Assembly: GCA_012295275.1 (NCBI GenBank)
Contig: CM022678.1
Coordinates: 18,352,001-18,416,000 of the forward strand
Length of the DNA stretch: 64,000 nucleotides
Source: Chrysomallon squamiferum
Lineage: Eukaryota > Animalia > Mollusca
Direction: 5' to 3'
Shown here: positions 13,001-28,062 of the stretch, piece by piece
How the letters are laid out: each line of letters starts with the position of its first letter
Position numbering within the stretch: the stretch's first letter is position 1
Program-made: the position numbers and the translations under genes
Notes under the pieces: generated by a model
Told to the model about the DNA's origin: nothing
What the model saw: only the letters and a program-made list of their open reading frames with translations
Databases searched by the model: none

Positions 13001-14911
13001 GAAATGTAGAAGCTGATGGGGAAAAAATTTGAAAGTTTAAAATCCTCCATAAACAACAACAGCAAAACAGATAAAAGAATAAAAACAGCATCACCAAAAA
13101 CAACAAAATCAAATAAGAATTTAATTATTTTTAAACAACAATACACAGGCAAATAAAAAGACAAAACAAGAACAGTAACAGCAACAAGAAATAAAACCGA
13201 AAACAAACAAAAATTCAAGAAAGAGAAAGAAACAACAAAAACATACAGAATCAAAACAAAATAATGTTTCTACACTAATTAAATAAACAAACAAACAAAC
13301 AAAAACAAAAATTGATTAATTACAAATAATTTAAATGAAATAATTATAAAATAAAACACTCACTCACACACACACATGCACAAATATATAAAAAAAAAAA
13401 ATAATAATAAAAAAAAAAAACCCCAAAACACCAGTAAAATAAGATAATACATTTCACAATAAAAATAACAAGAAAACAAATCATCAAAAAGTGGAATGTT
13501 AACCGCTAACATTTAAAAAGATACATGAGCAATTAAATCTTATGAGTTATAAAAACCTTTTCTTTTCTTTTTATAATTTAGTCTTTAAATAATAAAACTC
13601 ACAGGAATATTTGGCGTCACAACCAAACACCATCACTTCACAAAGCGTTAGAAAACCTTGAGGAAGAAATATTTTTACGTATCTCGCAGGTGTTACGTTG
13701 TCGCAGTGAAGAGAGATTGTCTCCCCGTTTGCCACTGGTTCAGTGTAAGTGATACACTCACTGGGGGCGCTGTTTTCAACGTACGTGAATATAGTGAAGT
13801 TTCGTAATCTGTCGCCTGATGTAAAGAAGTAGAAGAAAAGTAGAAGACATAAAATAAAATAAATAAATAAAAACACAAATACATAAATAAATAAATAAAT
13901 AAATTGATAAACCGAATATTACTTCTTCTGCTACTAGTACTACCACTACGACTACTGCTCGTGTTTCTGCTACCAATACTAGTACTGACACTACTACTAA
14001 TACTACTATTACTAATATTGTTACTACGACAACTACTACTGTTACTGCAACTGCAACTACTACTGCTACCACTACTACTAACAATAATATAGAGATACTA
14101 GTATTAATATTAATATTAAAACTACAGCTAATGTTTCTTTTATTTTCATTAATATTTCTATGACCGACGTAACAGGCATTTATTCTCAGACTATGTTATT
14201 TCATTATCATACTTGTATTATTAGGAAAAAGTATATAAACACTCTAAATCAAGTGTTTATTTATTTTATGTTTAATCTTTATACTGATTGTGAGCCTCAG
14301 TTAGAACCACATAACACTAAGTATGTTGGATATTTCTTCATAATTGATATTAGTAGTTTAAGACTTTAATTGTAGCAAAGGTTGAGGTGCAATTACAAAA
14401 TAAATTCATTCGTTTTACAAACACGCAAACACACGAAGATAACTGTATTAAATTATTAAATACATATTTAATATATATAATGAGACAAAGCATTGAAGTT
14501 TGCAATCTGCCGCCACGACGACTGTTGTGTTGGTTTTCTCAAAGCCAGGTTAGTCGCGCTAAAAGCTAAAGGGAAAAAAAAAAAAAAAAAAAAATAATAA
14601 TAATAAGAAGAAAATAAATTAAATAAAAAAAATTAAAATGAAATGAAATACAACAAAAAATAAATGAATAAGTTAATAAATGAGATAATAAAAGTAGAAA
14701 AAAATAAGAAAAAATTAAAAACGAATCAATGAAACAAAAGTAATTAGTAAATAAATATAATTATATAACAGTAATAAAAAATGAAAAGACAAAAAGAAAT
14801 TAGAAGCAGCATTAATGATTAATGATAACGAGTACAATAGTAGTTGTGGAAGTAGTTATATTAGTAACAGTAGTAGTAGTAGTGATAACATAGGGAGCGT
14901 TAGTAGTTGTA

Positions 14912-16720
14912 TCAGAAATAACAGAAGTAGTAGCAGTAATAGTAGTAGTTTTCAGAAATAACAGAAGATGTAGTAGTAGCAGTGATAGTAGTAGTTTTCA
15001 GAAATAACAGAAGATGTAGTAGTAGCAGTAATAGTAGTAGTTTTGAGAAATAACAGAAGTAGTAGTAGTAGCAGTAATAGTAGTAGTTTTGAGAAATAAC
15101 AGAAGATGTAGTAGTAGCAGTAATAGTAGTAGTTTTGATAAATAACAGAAGATGTAGTAGTAGCAGTAATAGTAGTAGTTTTGATAAATAACAGAAGATG
15201 TAGTAGTAGCAGTAATAGTAGTAGTTTTTGAGAAATAACAGAAGAAGTATGTAGTAGTAGTAGTTTTTTGATAAAATAATAGTAGTAGTTTTGATAAATA
15301 ACAGAAGCAAGTTTTAATAGTAGTAGTTTTCAGAAATAACAGAAGATGTAGTAGTAGCAGTAATAGTAGTAGTTTTGAGAAATAACAATAGTAGTAGTAG
15401 CAGTAATAGTAGTAGTTTTGAGAAATAACAATAGTAGTAGTAGCAGTAATAGTAGTAGTTTTCAGAAATAACAGAAGATGTAGTAGTAGCAGTAATAGTA
15501 GTAGTTTTGAGAAATAACAGAAGATTTTAAGTAGAAAGTAATAGTAGTAGTTTTGAGAAATAACAGAAGATGTAGTAGTAGCAGTAATAGTAGTAGTTTT
15601 GAGAAATAACAGAAGATGTAGTAGTAGCAGTAATAGTAGTAGTTTTGAGAAATAACAGAAGATGTAGTAGTAGCAGTAATAGTAGTAGTTTTGAGAAATA
15701 ACAGAAGTAGTAGTAGTAGCAGTAATAGTAGTAGTTTTGAGAAATAACAGAAGATGTAGTAGTAGCAGTAATAGTAGTAGTTTTGAGAAATAACAGAAGA
15801 TGTAGTAGTAGCAGTAATAGTAGTAGTTTTGAGAAATAACAGAAGATGTAGTAGTAGCAGTAATAGTAGTAGTTTTGAGAAATAACAGAAGATGTAGTAG
15901 TAGCAGTAATAGTAGTAGTTTTGAGAAATAACAGAAGATGTAGTAGTAGCAGTAATAGTAGTAGTTTTGAGAAATAACAGAAGATGTAGTAGTAGCAGTA
16001 ATAAAGTAGTAGTAGTTTTCAGAAATAACAGAAGATGTAGAAGTAGCAGTAATAGTAGTAGTTTTGAGAAATAACAGAAGATGTAGAAGTAGCAGTAATA
16101 GTAGTAGTTTGAGAAATAACAGAAGATGTAGTAGTAGCAGTAATAGTAGTAGTTTTGAGAAATAACAGAAGATGTAGTAGTAAAGTAATAATAGTAGTAG
16201 TTTTGAGAAATAACAGAAGATGTGAAAGTAGTAGCAGTAATAGTAGTAGTTTTGAGAAAACAACAGAAGATGTAGTAGTAGCAGTAATAGTAGTAGTTTT
16301 GAGAAATAACAGAAGATGTAGTAGTAGCAGTAATAGTAGTAGTTTTGAGAAATAACAGAAGATGTAGTAGTAGCAGTAATAGTAGTAGTTTTCAGAAATA
16401 ACAGAAGATGTAGTAGTAGCAGTAATAGTAGTAGTTTTGAGAAATAACAGAAGATGTAGTAGTAGCAGTAATAGTAGTAGTTTTGAGAAATAACAGAAGA
16501 TGTAGTAGTAGCAGTAATAGTAGTAGTTTTCAGAAATAACAGAAGATGTAGTAGTAGCAGTAATAGTAGTAGTTTTGAGAAATAACAGAAGATGTAGTAG
16601 TAGCAGTAATAGTAGTAGTTTTGAGAAATAACAGAAGATGTAGTAGTAGCAGTAATAGTAGTAGTTTTGAGAAATAACAGAAGATGTAGTAGTAGCAGTA
16701 ATAGTAGTAGTTTTGAGAAA
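14912..16720. repeat. 46-bp minisatellite array in intron 1 of B1 (roughly 39 units)
   Basis: Same unit; gives the 46-aa periodic pseudo-ORFs in the track. Confidence 0.97.
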
Positions 16721-16774
16721 TAGTAACAGCAGAAGCAGTTGTAGTATTAAGCGTATCAGTTTTGGTAGAAGAGT

Positions 16775-17243
<469 letters not shown>

Positions 17244-17630
17244 CTTTTTAAAGTTTATTTCTTACCGTAAATGAAAAAATTACAGGCCCAGGCTGTTAAT
17301 AAGTTGAACGAGAAAAAATCCTTCATTTCCTTCTGTGTTTGCTTGTTGTCAACGTGAATAAAACTCCACTGACTAAATTTTTATTTTAAACTGTATTTCA
17401 GTGACAACTGAATAATAAAATACTGAAATGATTCAGGTCATTGGCTCAAACGACGATTTTGTGATGTAGGAAAATGTAAATAAGCTTTTTAAATTTATTA
17501 TGCTCTTATTATTATATACAACTGGGAGAACAGAATTACAAAGTTCACGCTTTCGTTGACGAAACGGTCTGCTATTTGTCAGAAGGGACTTAGTAAATCA
17601 ATATACGAAGCAAAAGAAAACAATAACAAA

Positions 17631-17807
17631 ATTTCAAATATTCATGAATATTTCTTTGATTGAATGAGTAGCCGAAGATTTAGTTACTATTTTCGCAGAT
17701 AGCACGGTTCCCTGATGTTTTGTTGGATCAAAAAATCACTAGACAGCTAATACAATGTTTCATTTGTTTACAACACACTTCAACAAGAAGCCATGAATAT
17801 TTGAAAT
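17631..17807. mobile_element. 177-bp element bounded by perfect 16-bp inverted repeats (MITE-like) in the lectin upstream region
   Basis: ATTTCAAATATTCATG (17631-17646) ... CATGAATATTTGAAAT (17792-17807); same spacing at 51465-51641; also upstream of B2 and B4. Confidence 0.45.
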
Positions 17808-19000
17808 GTTTTATTATCTAATCTACTTTCTCTATTGATTTCGCCCATCCCTTTTATGACCGTTGTTTTTTTTATTTTTGTCTGTGTCAGGAATTTTATT
17901 ATTATTATTATTTTTATTATCATTTTTTTTTTTGGTTATAATTATTAACCACAGCAACGGGTTTCTTTTCTTGTTATCACTATGGAGAAAGAGAATAAAA
18001 AAGAAACCTACCAACAAACGAAGAGAAAGATAAGAAAAACAAACAAACAAATAATAATAATAATAATAATAATAAATTAAACGAAAGAAAGAAAGAAAGA
18101 AAAAAACCCGTTCTGTTTAAAATGTATTGCATGCGTTGTTCAGGAAACTATTTCCTTCTGCTACAAATCTTTAAGCTTAATAATGTAAGCGTTGGCTTCA
18201 GGCGTTAGTAGTGTAGAGATCAGTGATTATCAGGGTTTCCTCTTATGTTACATTACTATGTCTGTCCTACGACTAGTTATAAAAAGTCGTGTGTTTTAGG
18301 TTTCCCTGCTCATAGTGAAAAATACAAAGTAAAAATACCCGGTCTGAAATGCAGTCAAAGGTGAAGGAAAAATTAAATAAATTAATCATTATCTTCATCA
18401 TCATCATTACCATCGTCATTATCATATTATCATCATCATCATCATTATCATTATCATCATCATCGTTACTACTCTATTTCTGTAGCATTATTCTTACTTA
18501 ATTTTATTTTCGTAAAAAGTTCCTTCATCTATTTTTTTTCTTTTTTTTATACTTTCCCTACTCATTTTTCTTCTTCTTCTTCTTCTTCTTTTTTTAATTC
18601 TGCTGATCATTTAATCGCTTTCTCTTCGCCTTTATTTATTCTTCATCTAAGGTGTCCACCCACTAATAATCTGTAAAATAGGTACAACGTAATTTACACA
18701 AATAACGTATTGTTTCGAAACTCTACGTATTATCGATGGTGACATTTTACCGTGGCAATGCTAGTGAAGAGATTTGTTATTTTCCCTTATCGAGTAGCGG
18801 TCACTGGCCTTGTGTTGTGAGAGCAGATTCAGGTATCAAGAAACTTAAACCAAAGTAAACCATTCGAGACAAAATACTTGGCCATTTCGCACGTTCTCGA
18901 TGTGTTGTTTTGTATGTTTTACAATCAGCGGAGACGAGATAAGTGAAAGAAGTATTTTGTGAAATATTTAAAAAGAGCAGATAGCAGAATGAACAACAAC

Positions 19001-19045
<45 letters not shown>

Positions 19046-19302
19046 ATATAAACATTATAAAATTAGGTTAGAAAATTCTGTGGATTGTTTTGAAACTGTC
19101 ACTCGTAATTTATGAAATGACAAGAGAAAAATATGACAAAGTAAAACAATGCCTCGCATAGCTTCGTGATCCGTGGAATGTCATATTTACATTTTGTGTA
19201 ACATTTATCACGTTTCAACCTAGAAAAAACACCATCAAATACAGACCAGAAACAACGGTTCAGAAAAAAAGAAAAGAAAAAAGAAAAGAGAAGAACCATC
19301 TA

Positions 19303-19459
<157 letters not shown>

Positions 19460-20342
19460 TACACACTCATATATATATACATACATATACACAAAACAGA
19501 AACACAGACGTACACACACTCACACACACACATGTATGTACATACACCTGACACATATACATACACACATACACAGATACAAATATATGAACACAACACA
19601 GGCATAAATTACTGACACAGATACCCGCATGCGTACACACACACACACACAGACAGACAAACGTTTACAGAAAAAGATAAACCATTTCCGTCATTTCGAT
19701 TCCCATTTACTTTGTAACAACAAACACTGGAAGCTACATTTCCTTGATTCCAGACTTCCCCTTCCCCTTCCCTCTACCCCCGGGCTACTGAAAAGCATGC
19801 CAAACTATCAGTCAGAAACCAGGACACGTGGGCGTCAATGTGCATGTTGTTGTATGACATCGTGGCCTACGGCAATGTCGTTATGCTTCGTTTACGACGT
19901 CTTTCTTTTTTTTTTGTCTCACTTGTTCATTCCACAAATAAAAGCAATACTTTGAACCGGGATAATTGTTATTCAGTACATTCTGTTGACATCATTGCTT
20001 TGTACATGTATTATATAACCTTGATATCATATGGCTCGAATGTTTTTTTGTACTATACAAAAATAAACGTTTTATTTATTTATTTGTTTATCAGTAAAAT
20101 CGATAATTCCTTTGTGCCATCTAGCAATTGGTTTTGTATAACAATGAAGACTGAAATTAAAACTCAAAAATGAAAATTATATCATGAATGTTTTCTGTAT
20201 GTGCAGTTACTGTATGTGTGTGCATCTGGGTGTGTCTGTATGTTTGTCTGTGAATGTAAGTCTATCTGTCTGAAGTTTTGTATTCATGTAAATATATATG
20301 TATGTATGCATGTATGTAGGTATGTGTGTATGTGTAATAACG

Positions 20343-20445
<103 letters not shown>

Positions 20446-20457
20446 GTATATATATAG

Positions 20458-20629
20458 TTATTTCACTTTATTTTATTTTATTATGTACATATATACACGT
20501 ATACATAGATAGACGCATATTTACGTCTGTATACATATATATATATTAGTGTTTGTGTATACGTAAATTTGCGTCTATCTATGTATATGTGTATGTACGT
20601 ACATAATAAAATAAAATAAAGTGAAATAA
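20458..20629. repeat. 172-bp foldback: 69-bp inverted arms with 4 mismatches and a 34-nt loop
   Basis: Arms 20458-20526 and 20561-20629; second copy 31206-31377; degraded copy about 2226-2390. Confidence 0.9.
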
Positions 20630-20840
20630 GTAAGTAAATAATTAGAAAATAAAATAGACATAAATATAAAAATCATAAATCCTTAAGAAGGAAAACAAAA
20701 TAAAGACAAAAAAAAAAAAAAAAAAAAAAATAAATAAATAAAGAAATAAAGAAAAATAAAGAAAAAAGAAAAAAGAATGAGATGAAGAAGGAAAAAAGAA
20801 AGGAATGGTAAGGTAATAAAAAATTTTTTTTTTTTTTTAG

Positions 20841-21200
20841 AAAATGGTTCGGGTTGTGCCGGATATATCTTTCGTTGCTGTCGGGTTCATGCACACCTAA
20901 CTGAACCAATCCCTTGAAATACTTCACTGAAATAGATTGACACAGTCCGTTTTGGCGATCTACGTTATTATTAATTACTGGCATAATACTTAAGAAGATC
21001 TGTCTATAAGCAGATCACTTTCTGACCGCAGACGTGAAAGGAAAAAGACTCGAGGGCTGAAAGATTCGCGCCGATTGGTCGAAGAACGCTGTGACGTCAC
21101 GAGCTCAGCAGACGAGAGTTTCGCGTCAGCGGGTTCAATCGTGTGTCTCTCAGAAGTATTGATGCCTTTTGGCGCTTCCTTCTTTTTCTAAAATTAGATA
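20841..21200 (-). promoter_or_regulatory. CpG-rich promoter-like island (CCAAT box + CRE) with a short ATG-initiated ORF
   Basis: ATTGG 21074-21078 (CCAAT on minus), palindrome GTGACGTCAC 21091-21100, minus-strand ATG at 20984 (MPVINNNVDRQNGLCQSISVKYFKGLVQL). Copies at about 2590-2920, 31592-31940 and 43978-44090 (partial). Confidence 0.45.
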
Positions 21201-21345
21201 ACGTTGTCGTGTGTTACAGTCTTGACGTCATGGTTATAAATAACTGAAGTCTTTTGAAGTTCTCTTTTATTTTATTTTTTTATTTCTGATTTGCGTGATT
21301 CCGTATTTCTTATTTCACAGCGAGGATATTTGAGAACTAGAGTAC

Positions 21346-21423
<78 letters not shown>

Positions 21424-24400
21424 TAAATACAAACAAGATACTAAATTAAATTAAATTAATGAAATTAAAAATAAAACACGAGTACAGGAAATACTTTCAG
21501 CCGCAGGAATTAGAATAATCCCAGCTAACTTGAAAGTGAAGGCGGTTTCTAAAAATAGACTCATTAACAAAATGAGTTGCCGTTTAATGACTCGCTGATG
21601 TCATACTGACTTCACATAAATACAAACATACTGCTAGCAACAACAGCTACTACTTTACTGCTACTAGTGCTAGTACCATCACTAGTACGAGTCTACTACT
21701 ACTACTACAACTGCTACTACTATTAGAACTTCTCTGCTACCACCTCTACTGCCACGATTGCAATAACAACGGCTACTACTACTGCAGTTACAAAACGCAC
21801 AACATCAACTACTGTTACTTCTTACATTATTATTACTGCTACTGTTAAAGTGACAGATATAACTACAACAGTTACTACTACTGCAACATTGACTACAACG
21901 ACATAACCATTAAAATAGCAACACCATAACGATAGCAGATGAACAACAACAGCGATGCCTGTTATCTACATTGAAAGCAATTAAAACTACCGCTTTAACT
22001 ACTACAACAATGTCAACAACAGCTACTTCTTCTGCTAACTTAACAACTAATAATACCGTCATCTCTGCACAATTATAGCGACAACAGCTACGATTGTTCT
22101 ATTACTACAACCATGTCGACAGTAAAACTATTCTCTTTAAGAAAAATGTCTTTCTGTAAAGTGCTGATGTCATTGTTGACTCTATTCTGTCGCAGTTTTC
22201 AGAACCGCTAATTCATCTGTCGACATTTTAGAAATTGCTGCGCGATCTAATAATAAATAGGTGAGGTGGAAAAAGATGTGGGAGTAAAAGAAAATATTAA
22301 GAGAACAAAAACAAAAACAGAAACAAAACAAAACAAATAGCAGTACTAACAGTAAGAAGAACAAAACAAAGAACAGCAACAACAACAACAACAAAAAAAA
22401 AAAAAAAAATAATAATAATAATAAATTTAATAAAAATAATTATTAGTTGTAGGGTTAATGTTTTTACTCTTAGCTGCATTTCCGAGTTCATTTAACCACA
22501 AAAGACGTTTGCTATAATCAGGCAGCAATTAAAACCATCTTCGATATTTTCATCACAGATTTACGTGATGCTGTACGAGTATAATCCAGAAACACGTTTT
22601 TTCAACGCGTTCAAAAAATTGGTCAGTTATTCTGAAATCTTTAGCGTTGAGATCAGTTGTGTTTAAAGGTAAGATCAGACAGTCTGGGTAAATGACGTAA
22701 AACAGTAAAGATCAAAATTCATTGTAATGATAGAAGAGAGTTACGTAACTCTGCATACAACGTCACCAATATACTTTTCTGACGTCATTTCATAGAAAGA
22801 TCAGAAACAGTTTTTAGTGAAATGAACATTGAGTGTTTTCAAGTAAGGGTTTTCGTTGATAAAAGATCCAAGGCTGTAGCTGACTTGACGTTGGAACGGG
22901 AAAAGACACAAGATGACACTGTTGTGTTGTGTTTAAGTAATTGAATCCAAAACAAGTAGGACTGCCGTTACACATCAATGAACACTGCTGTTTTGTAAAT
23001 CTTCCTTCTATCTGAGCAGACGGCGAAAACATCAGTCCAAAGTTTCCATGAAATGTAGAAGCTGATGGGGAAAAAATTTGAAAGTTTAAAATCCTCCATA
23101 AACAACAACAGCAAAACAGATAAAAGAATAAAAAACAGCATCACCAAAAACAACAAAATCAAATAAGAATTTAATTATTTTAAACAACAATACACAGGCA
23201 AATAAAAAGACAAAACAAGAACAGTAACAGCAACAAGAAATAAAAACCGAAAACAAACAAAAAATTCAAGAAAGAGAAAGAAACAACAAAAACATACAGA
23301 ATCAAAACAAAATAATGTTCTACACACTAATTAAATAAACAAACAAACAAACAAAAACAAAAAATTGATTAATTACAAATAATTTAAATGAAATAATTAT
23401 AAAATAAAACACTCACTCACACACACACATGCACAAATATATAAAAAAAAAATAATAATATTAAAAAAAAACCCCAAAACACCAGTAAAATAAGATAATA
23501 CATTTCACAATAAAAATAACAAGAAAACAAATCATCAAAAAGTGGAATGTTAACCGCTAACATTTAAAAAGATACATGAGCAATTAAATCTTATGAGTTA
23601 TAAAAACCTTTTCTTTTCTTTTTATAATTTAGTCTTTAAATAATAAAACTCACAGGAATATTTGGCGTCACAACCAAACACCATCACTTCACAAAGCGTT
23701 AGAAAACCTTGAGGAAGAAATATTTTTACGTATCTCGCAGGTGTTACGTTGTCGCAGTGAAGAGAGATTGTCTCCCCGTTTGCCACTGGTTCAGTGTAAG
23801 TGATACACTCACTGGGGGCGCTGTTTTCAACGTACGTGAATATAGTGAAGTTTCGTAATCTGTCGCCTGATGTAAAGAAGTAGAAGAAAAGTAGAAGACA
23901 TAAAATAAAATAAATAAATAAAAACACAAATAAATAAATAAATAAATAAATAAATTGATAAACCGAATATTACTTCTTCTGCTACTAGTACTACCACTAC
24001 GACTACTGCTCGTGTTTCTGCTACCAATACTAGTACTGACACTACTACTAATACTACTATTACTAATATTGTTACTACGACAACTACTACTGTTACTGCA
24101 ACTGCAACTACTACTGCTACCACTACTACTAACAATAATATAGAGATACTAGTATTAATATTAATATTAAAACTACAGCTAATGTTTCTTTTATTTTCAT
24201 TAATATTTCTATGACCGACGTAACAGGCATTTATTCTCAGACTATGTTATTTCATTATCATACTTGTATTATTAGGAAAAAGTATATAAACACTCTAAAT
24301 CAAGTGTTTATTTATTTTATGTTTAATCTTTATACTGATTGTGAGCCTCAGTTAGAACCACATAACACTAAGTATGTTGGATATTTCTTCATAATTGATA

Positions 24401-24973
24401 TTAGTAGTTTAAGACTTTAATTGTAGCAAAGGTTGAGGTGCAGTTACAAAATAAATTCATTCGTTTTACAAACACGCAAACACACGAAGATAACTGTATT
24501 AAATTATTAAATACATATTTAATATATATATTGAGACAAAGCGTATTGAGACAAAGCATTGAAGTTTGCAATCTGCCGCCACGACGACTGTTGTGTTGGT
24601 TTTCTCAAAGCCAGGTTAGTCGGGCTAAAAGCTAAAGGAAAAAAAAAAAAAAAAAATAATAATAATAATAATAAGAAGAAAATAAATTAAATAAAAAAAA
24701 TTAAAATGAAATGAAATACAACAAAAAATAAATGAATAAGTTAATAAATGAGATAATAAAAGTAGAAAAAAATAAGAAAAAATTAAAAACGAATCAATGA
24801 AACAAAAGTAATTAGTAAATAAATATAATTATATAACAGTAATAAAAAATGAAAAGACAAAAAGAAATTAGAAGCAGCATTAATGATTAATGATAAAGAG
24901 TACAATAGTAGTTGTGGAAGTAGTTATATTAGTAACAGTAGTAGTGATAATATAGGGAGCGTTAGTAGTTGTA

Positions 24974-27650
24974 TCAGAAATAACAGAAGTAGTAGCAGTA
25001 ATAGTAGTAGTTTTCAGAAATAACAGAAGATGTAGTAGAAGCAGTAATAGTAGTAGTTTTGAGGTAAATAACAGAAGATGTAGTAGAAGCAGTAATAGTA
25101 GTAGTTTTGAGGTAAATAACAGAAGATGTAGTAGTAGCAGTAATAGCAGTAGTTTTCAGAAATAACAGAAGATGTAGTAGAAGCAGTAATAGTAGTAGTT
25201 TTCAGAAATAACAGAAGATGTAGTAGAAGCAGTAATAGTAGTAGTTTTGAGGTAAATAACAGAAGATGTAGTAGTAGCAGTAATAGTAGTAGTTTTGAGA
25301 AATAACAGAAGATGTAGTAGTAGCAGTAATAGTAGTAGTTTTCAGAAATAACAGAAGATGTAGTAGAAGCAGTAATAGTAGTAGTTTTCAGAAATAACAG
25401 AAGATGTAGTAGAAGCAGTAATAGTAGTAGTTTTCAGAAATAACAGAAGATGTAGTAGAAGCAGTAATAGTAGTAGTTTTCAGAAATAACAGAAGATGTA
25501 GTAGTAGCAGTAACAGTAGTAGTTTTCAGAAATAACAGAAGATGTAGTAGAAGCAGTAATAGTAGTAGTTTTGAGGTAAATAACAGAAGATGTAGTAGTA
25601 GCAGTAATAGTAGTAGTTTTCAGAAATAACAGAAGATGTAGTAGAAGCAGTAATAGTAGTAGTTTTCAGAAATAACAGAAGATGTAGTAGTAGCAGTAAT
25701 AGTAGTAGTTTTGAGAAATAACAGAAGATGTAGTAGTAGCAGTAATAGTAGTAGTTTTCAGAAATAACAGAAGATGTAGTAGAAGCAGTAATAGTAGTAG
25801 TTTTCAGAAATAACAGAAGATGTAGTAGAAGCAGTAATAGTAGTAGTTTTCAGAAATAACAGAAGATGTAGTAGAAGCAGTAATAGTAGTAGTTTTCAGA
25901 AATAACAGAAGATGTAGTAGTAGCAGTAATAGTAGTAGTTTTCAGAAATAACAGAAGATGTAGTAGAAGCAGTAATAGTAGTAGTTCTGAGAAATAACAG
26001 AAGATGTAGTAGCAGTAAGTAGTAGTAGTAGTTTTCAGAAATAACAGAAGATGTAGTAGAAGCAGTAATAGTAGTAGTTTTTCAGAAATAACAGAAGATG
26101 TAGTAGAAGCAGTAATAGTAGTAGTTTTCAGAAATAACAGAAGATGTAGTAGTAGCAGTAATAGTAGTAGTTTTCAGAAATAACAGAAGATGTAGTAGAA
26201 GCAGTAATAGTAGTAGTTTTGAGGTAAATAACAGAAGATGTAGTAGTAGCAGTAATAGTAGTAGTTTTCAGAAATAACAGAAGATGTAGTAGAAGCAGTA
26301 ATAGTAGTAGTTTTCAGAAATAACAGAAGATGTAGTAGAAGCAGTAATAGTAGTAGTTTTCAGAAATAACAGAAGATGTAGTAGTAGCAGTAATAGTAGT
26401 AGTTTTCAGAAATAACAGAAGATGTAGTAGAAGCAGTAATAGTAGTAGTTTTGAGGTAAATAACAGAAGATGTAGTAGAAGCAGTAATAGTAGTAGTTTT
26501 GAGGTAAATAACAGAAGATGTAGTAGTAGCAGTAATAGTAGTAGTTTTCAGAAATAACAGAAGATGTAGTAGAAGCAGTAATAGTAGTAGTTTTCAGAAA
26601 TAACAGAAGATGTAGTAGAAGCAGTAATAGTAGTAGTTTTCAGAAATAACAGAAGATGTAGTAGTAGCAGTAATAGTAGTAGTTTTCAGAAATAACAGAA
26701 GATGTAGTAGAAGCAGTAATAGTAGTAGTTTTCAGAAATAACAGAAGATGTAGTAGAAGCAGTAATAGTAGTAGTTTTGAGAAATAACAGAAGATGTAGT
26801 AGTAGTAGTAATAGTAGTAGTTTTCAGAAATAACAGAAGATGTAGTAGTAGCAGTAATAGTAGTAGTTTTCAGAAATAACAGAAGATGTAGTAGTAGCAG
26901 TAATAGTAGTAGTTTTCAGAAATAACAGAAGATGTAGTAGTAGCAGTAATAGTAGTAGTTTTGAGAAATAACAGAAGATGTAGTAGTAGCAGTAATAGTA
27001 GTAGTTTTGAGAAATAACAGAAGATGTAGTAGTAGCAGTAATAGTAGTAGTTTTCAGAAATAACAGAAGATGTAGTAGTAGTAGTAATAGTAGTAGTTTT
27101 CAGAAATAACAGAAGATGTAGTAGAAGCAGTAATAGTAGTAGTTTTGTTTTAAATAACAGAAGATGTAGTAGTAGCAGTAATAGTAGTAGTTTTGAGAAA
27201 TAACAGAAGATGTAGTAGTAGCAGTAATAGTAGTAGTTTTCAGAAATAACAGAAGATGTAGTAGTAGCAGTAATAGTAGTAGTTTTCAGAAATAACAGAA
27301 GATGTAGTAGTAGCAGTAATAGTAGTAGTTTTGAGAAATAACAGAAGATGTAGTAGTAGCAGTAATAGTAGTAGTTTTCAGAAATAACAGAAGATGTAGT
27401 AGTAGCAGTAATAGTAGTAGTTTTGAGAAATAACAGAAGATGTAGTAGTAGCAGTAATAGTAGTAGTTTTCAGAAATAACAGAAGATGTAGTAGTAGCAG
27501 TAATAGTAGTAGTTTTCAGAAATAACAGAAGATGTAGTAGAAGCAGTAATAGTAGTAGTTTTGAGAAATAACAGAAGTAGTAGTAGCAGTAATAGTAGTA
27601 GTTTTCAGAAATAACAGAAGTAGTAGCAGTAATAGTAGTAGTTTTAGAAG
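24974..27650. repeat. 46-bp minisatellite array in intron 1 of B2 (roughly 58 units)
   Basis: Same unit, enriched in variants (GTAGAAGCAG, TTTTCAGAAA, TTGAGGTAAA). Confidence 0.97.
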
Positions 27651-27689
27651 AGCATAACAAGAGAAACAGTTGTAGTGTAATAAGAGTTT

Positions 27690-28062
<373 letters not shown>

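Noticed and set aside
14998-16263. 421-aa ORF and similar ones (276-848, 14912-15310, 27286-27660)
   Set aside because: The 46-bp unit has no stop in any minus-strand frame, so translation cycles through the frames with a 46-aa period. It lies in an intron and is not a protein.
24974-27650. Regularly spaced repeats resembling a CRISPR array
   Set aside because: Contiguous tandem units with no unique spacers, no cas genes, and a eukaryotic context
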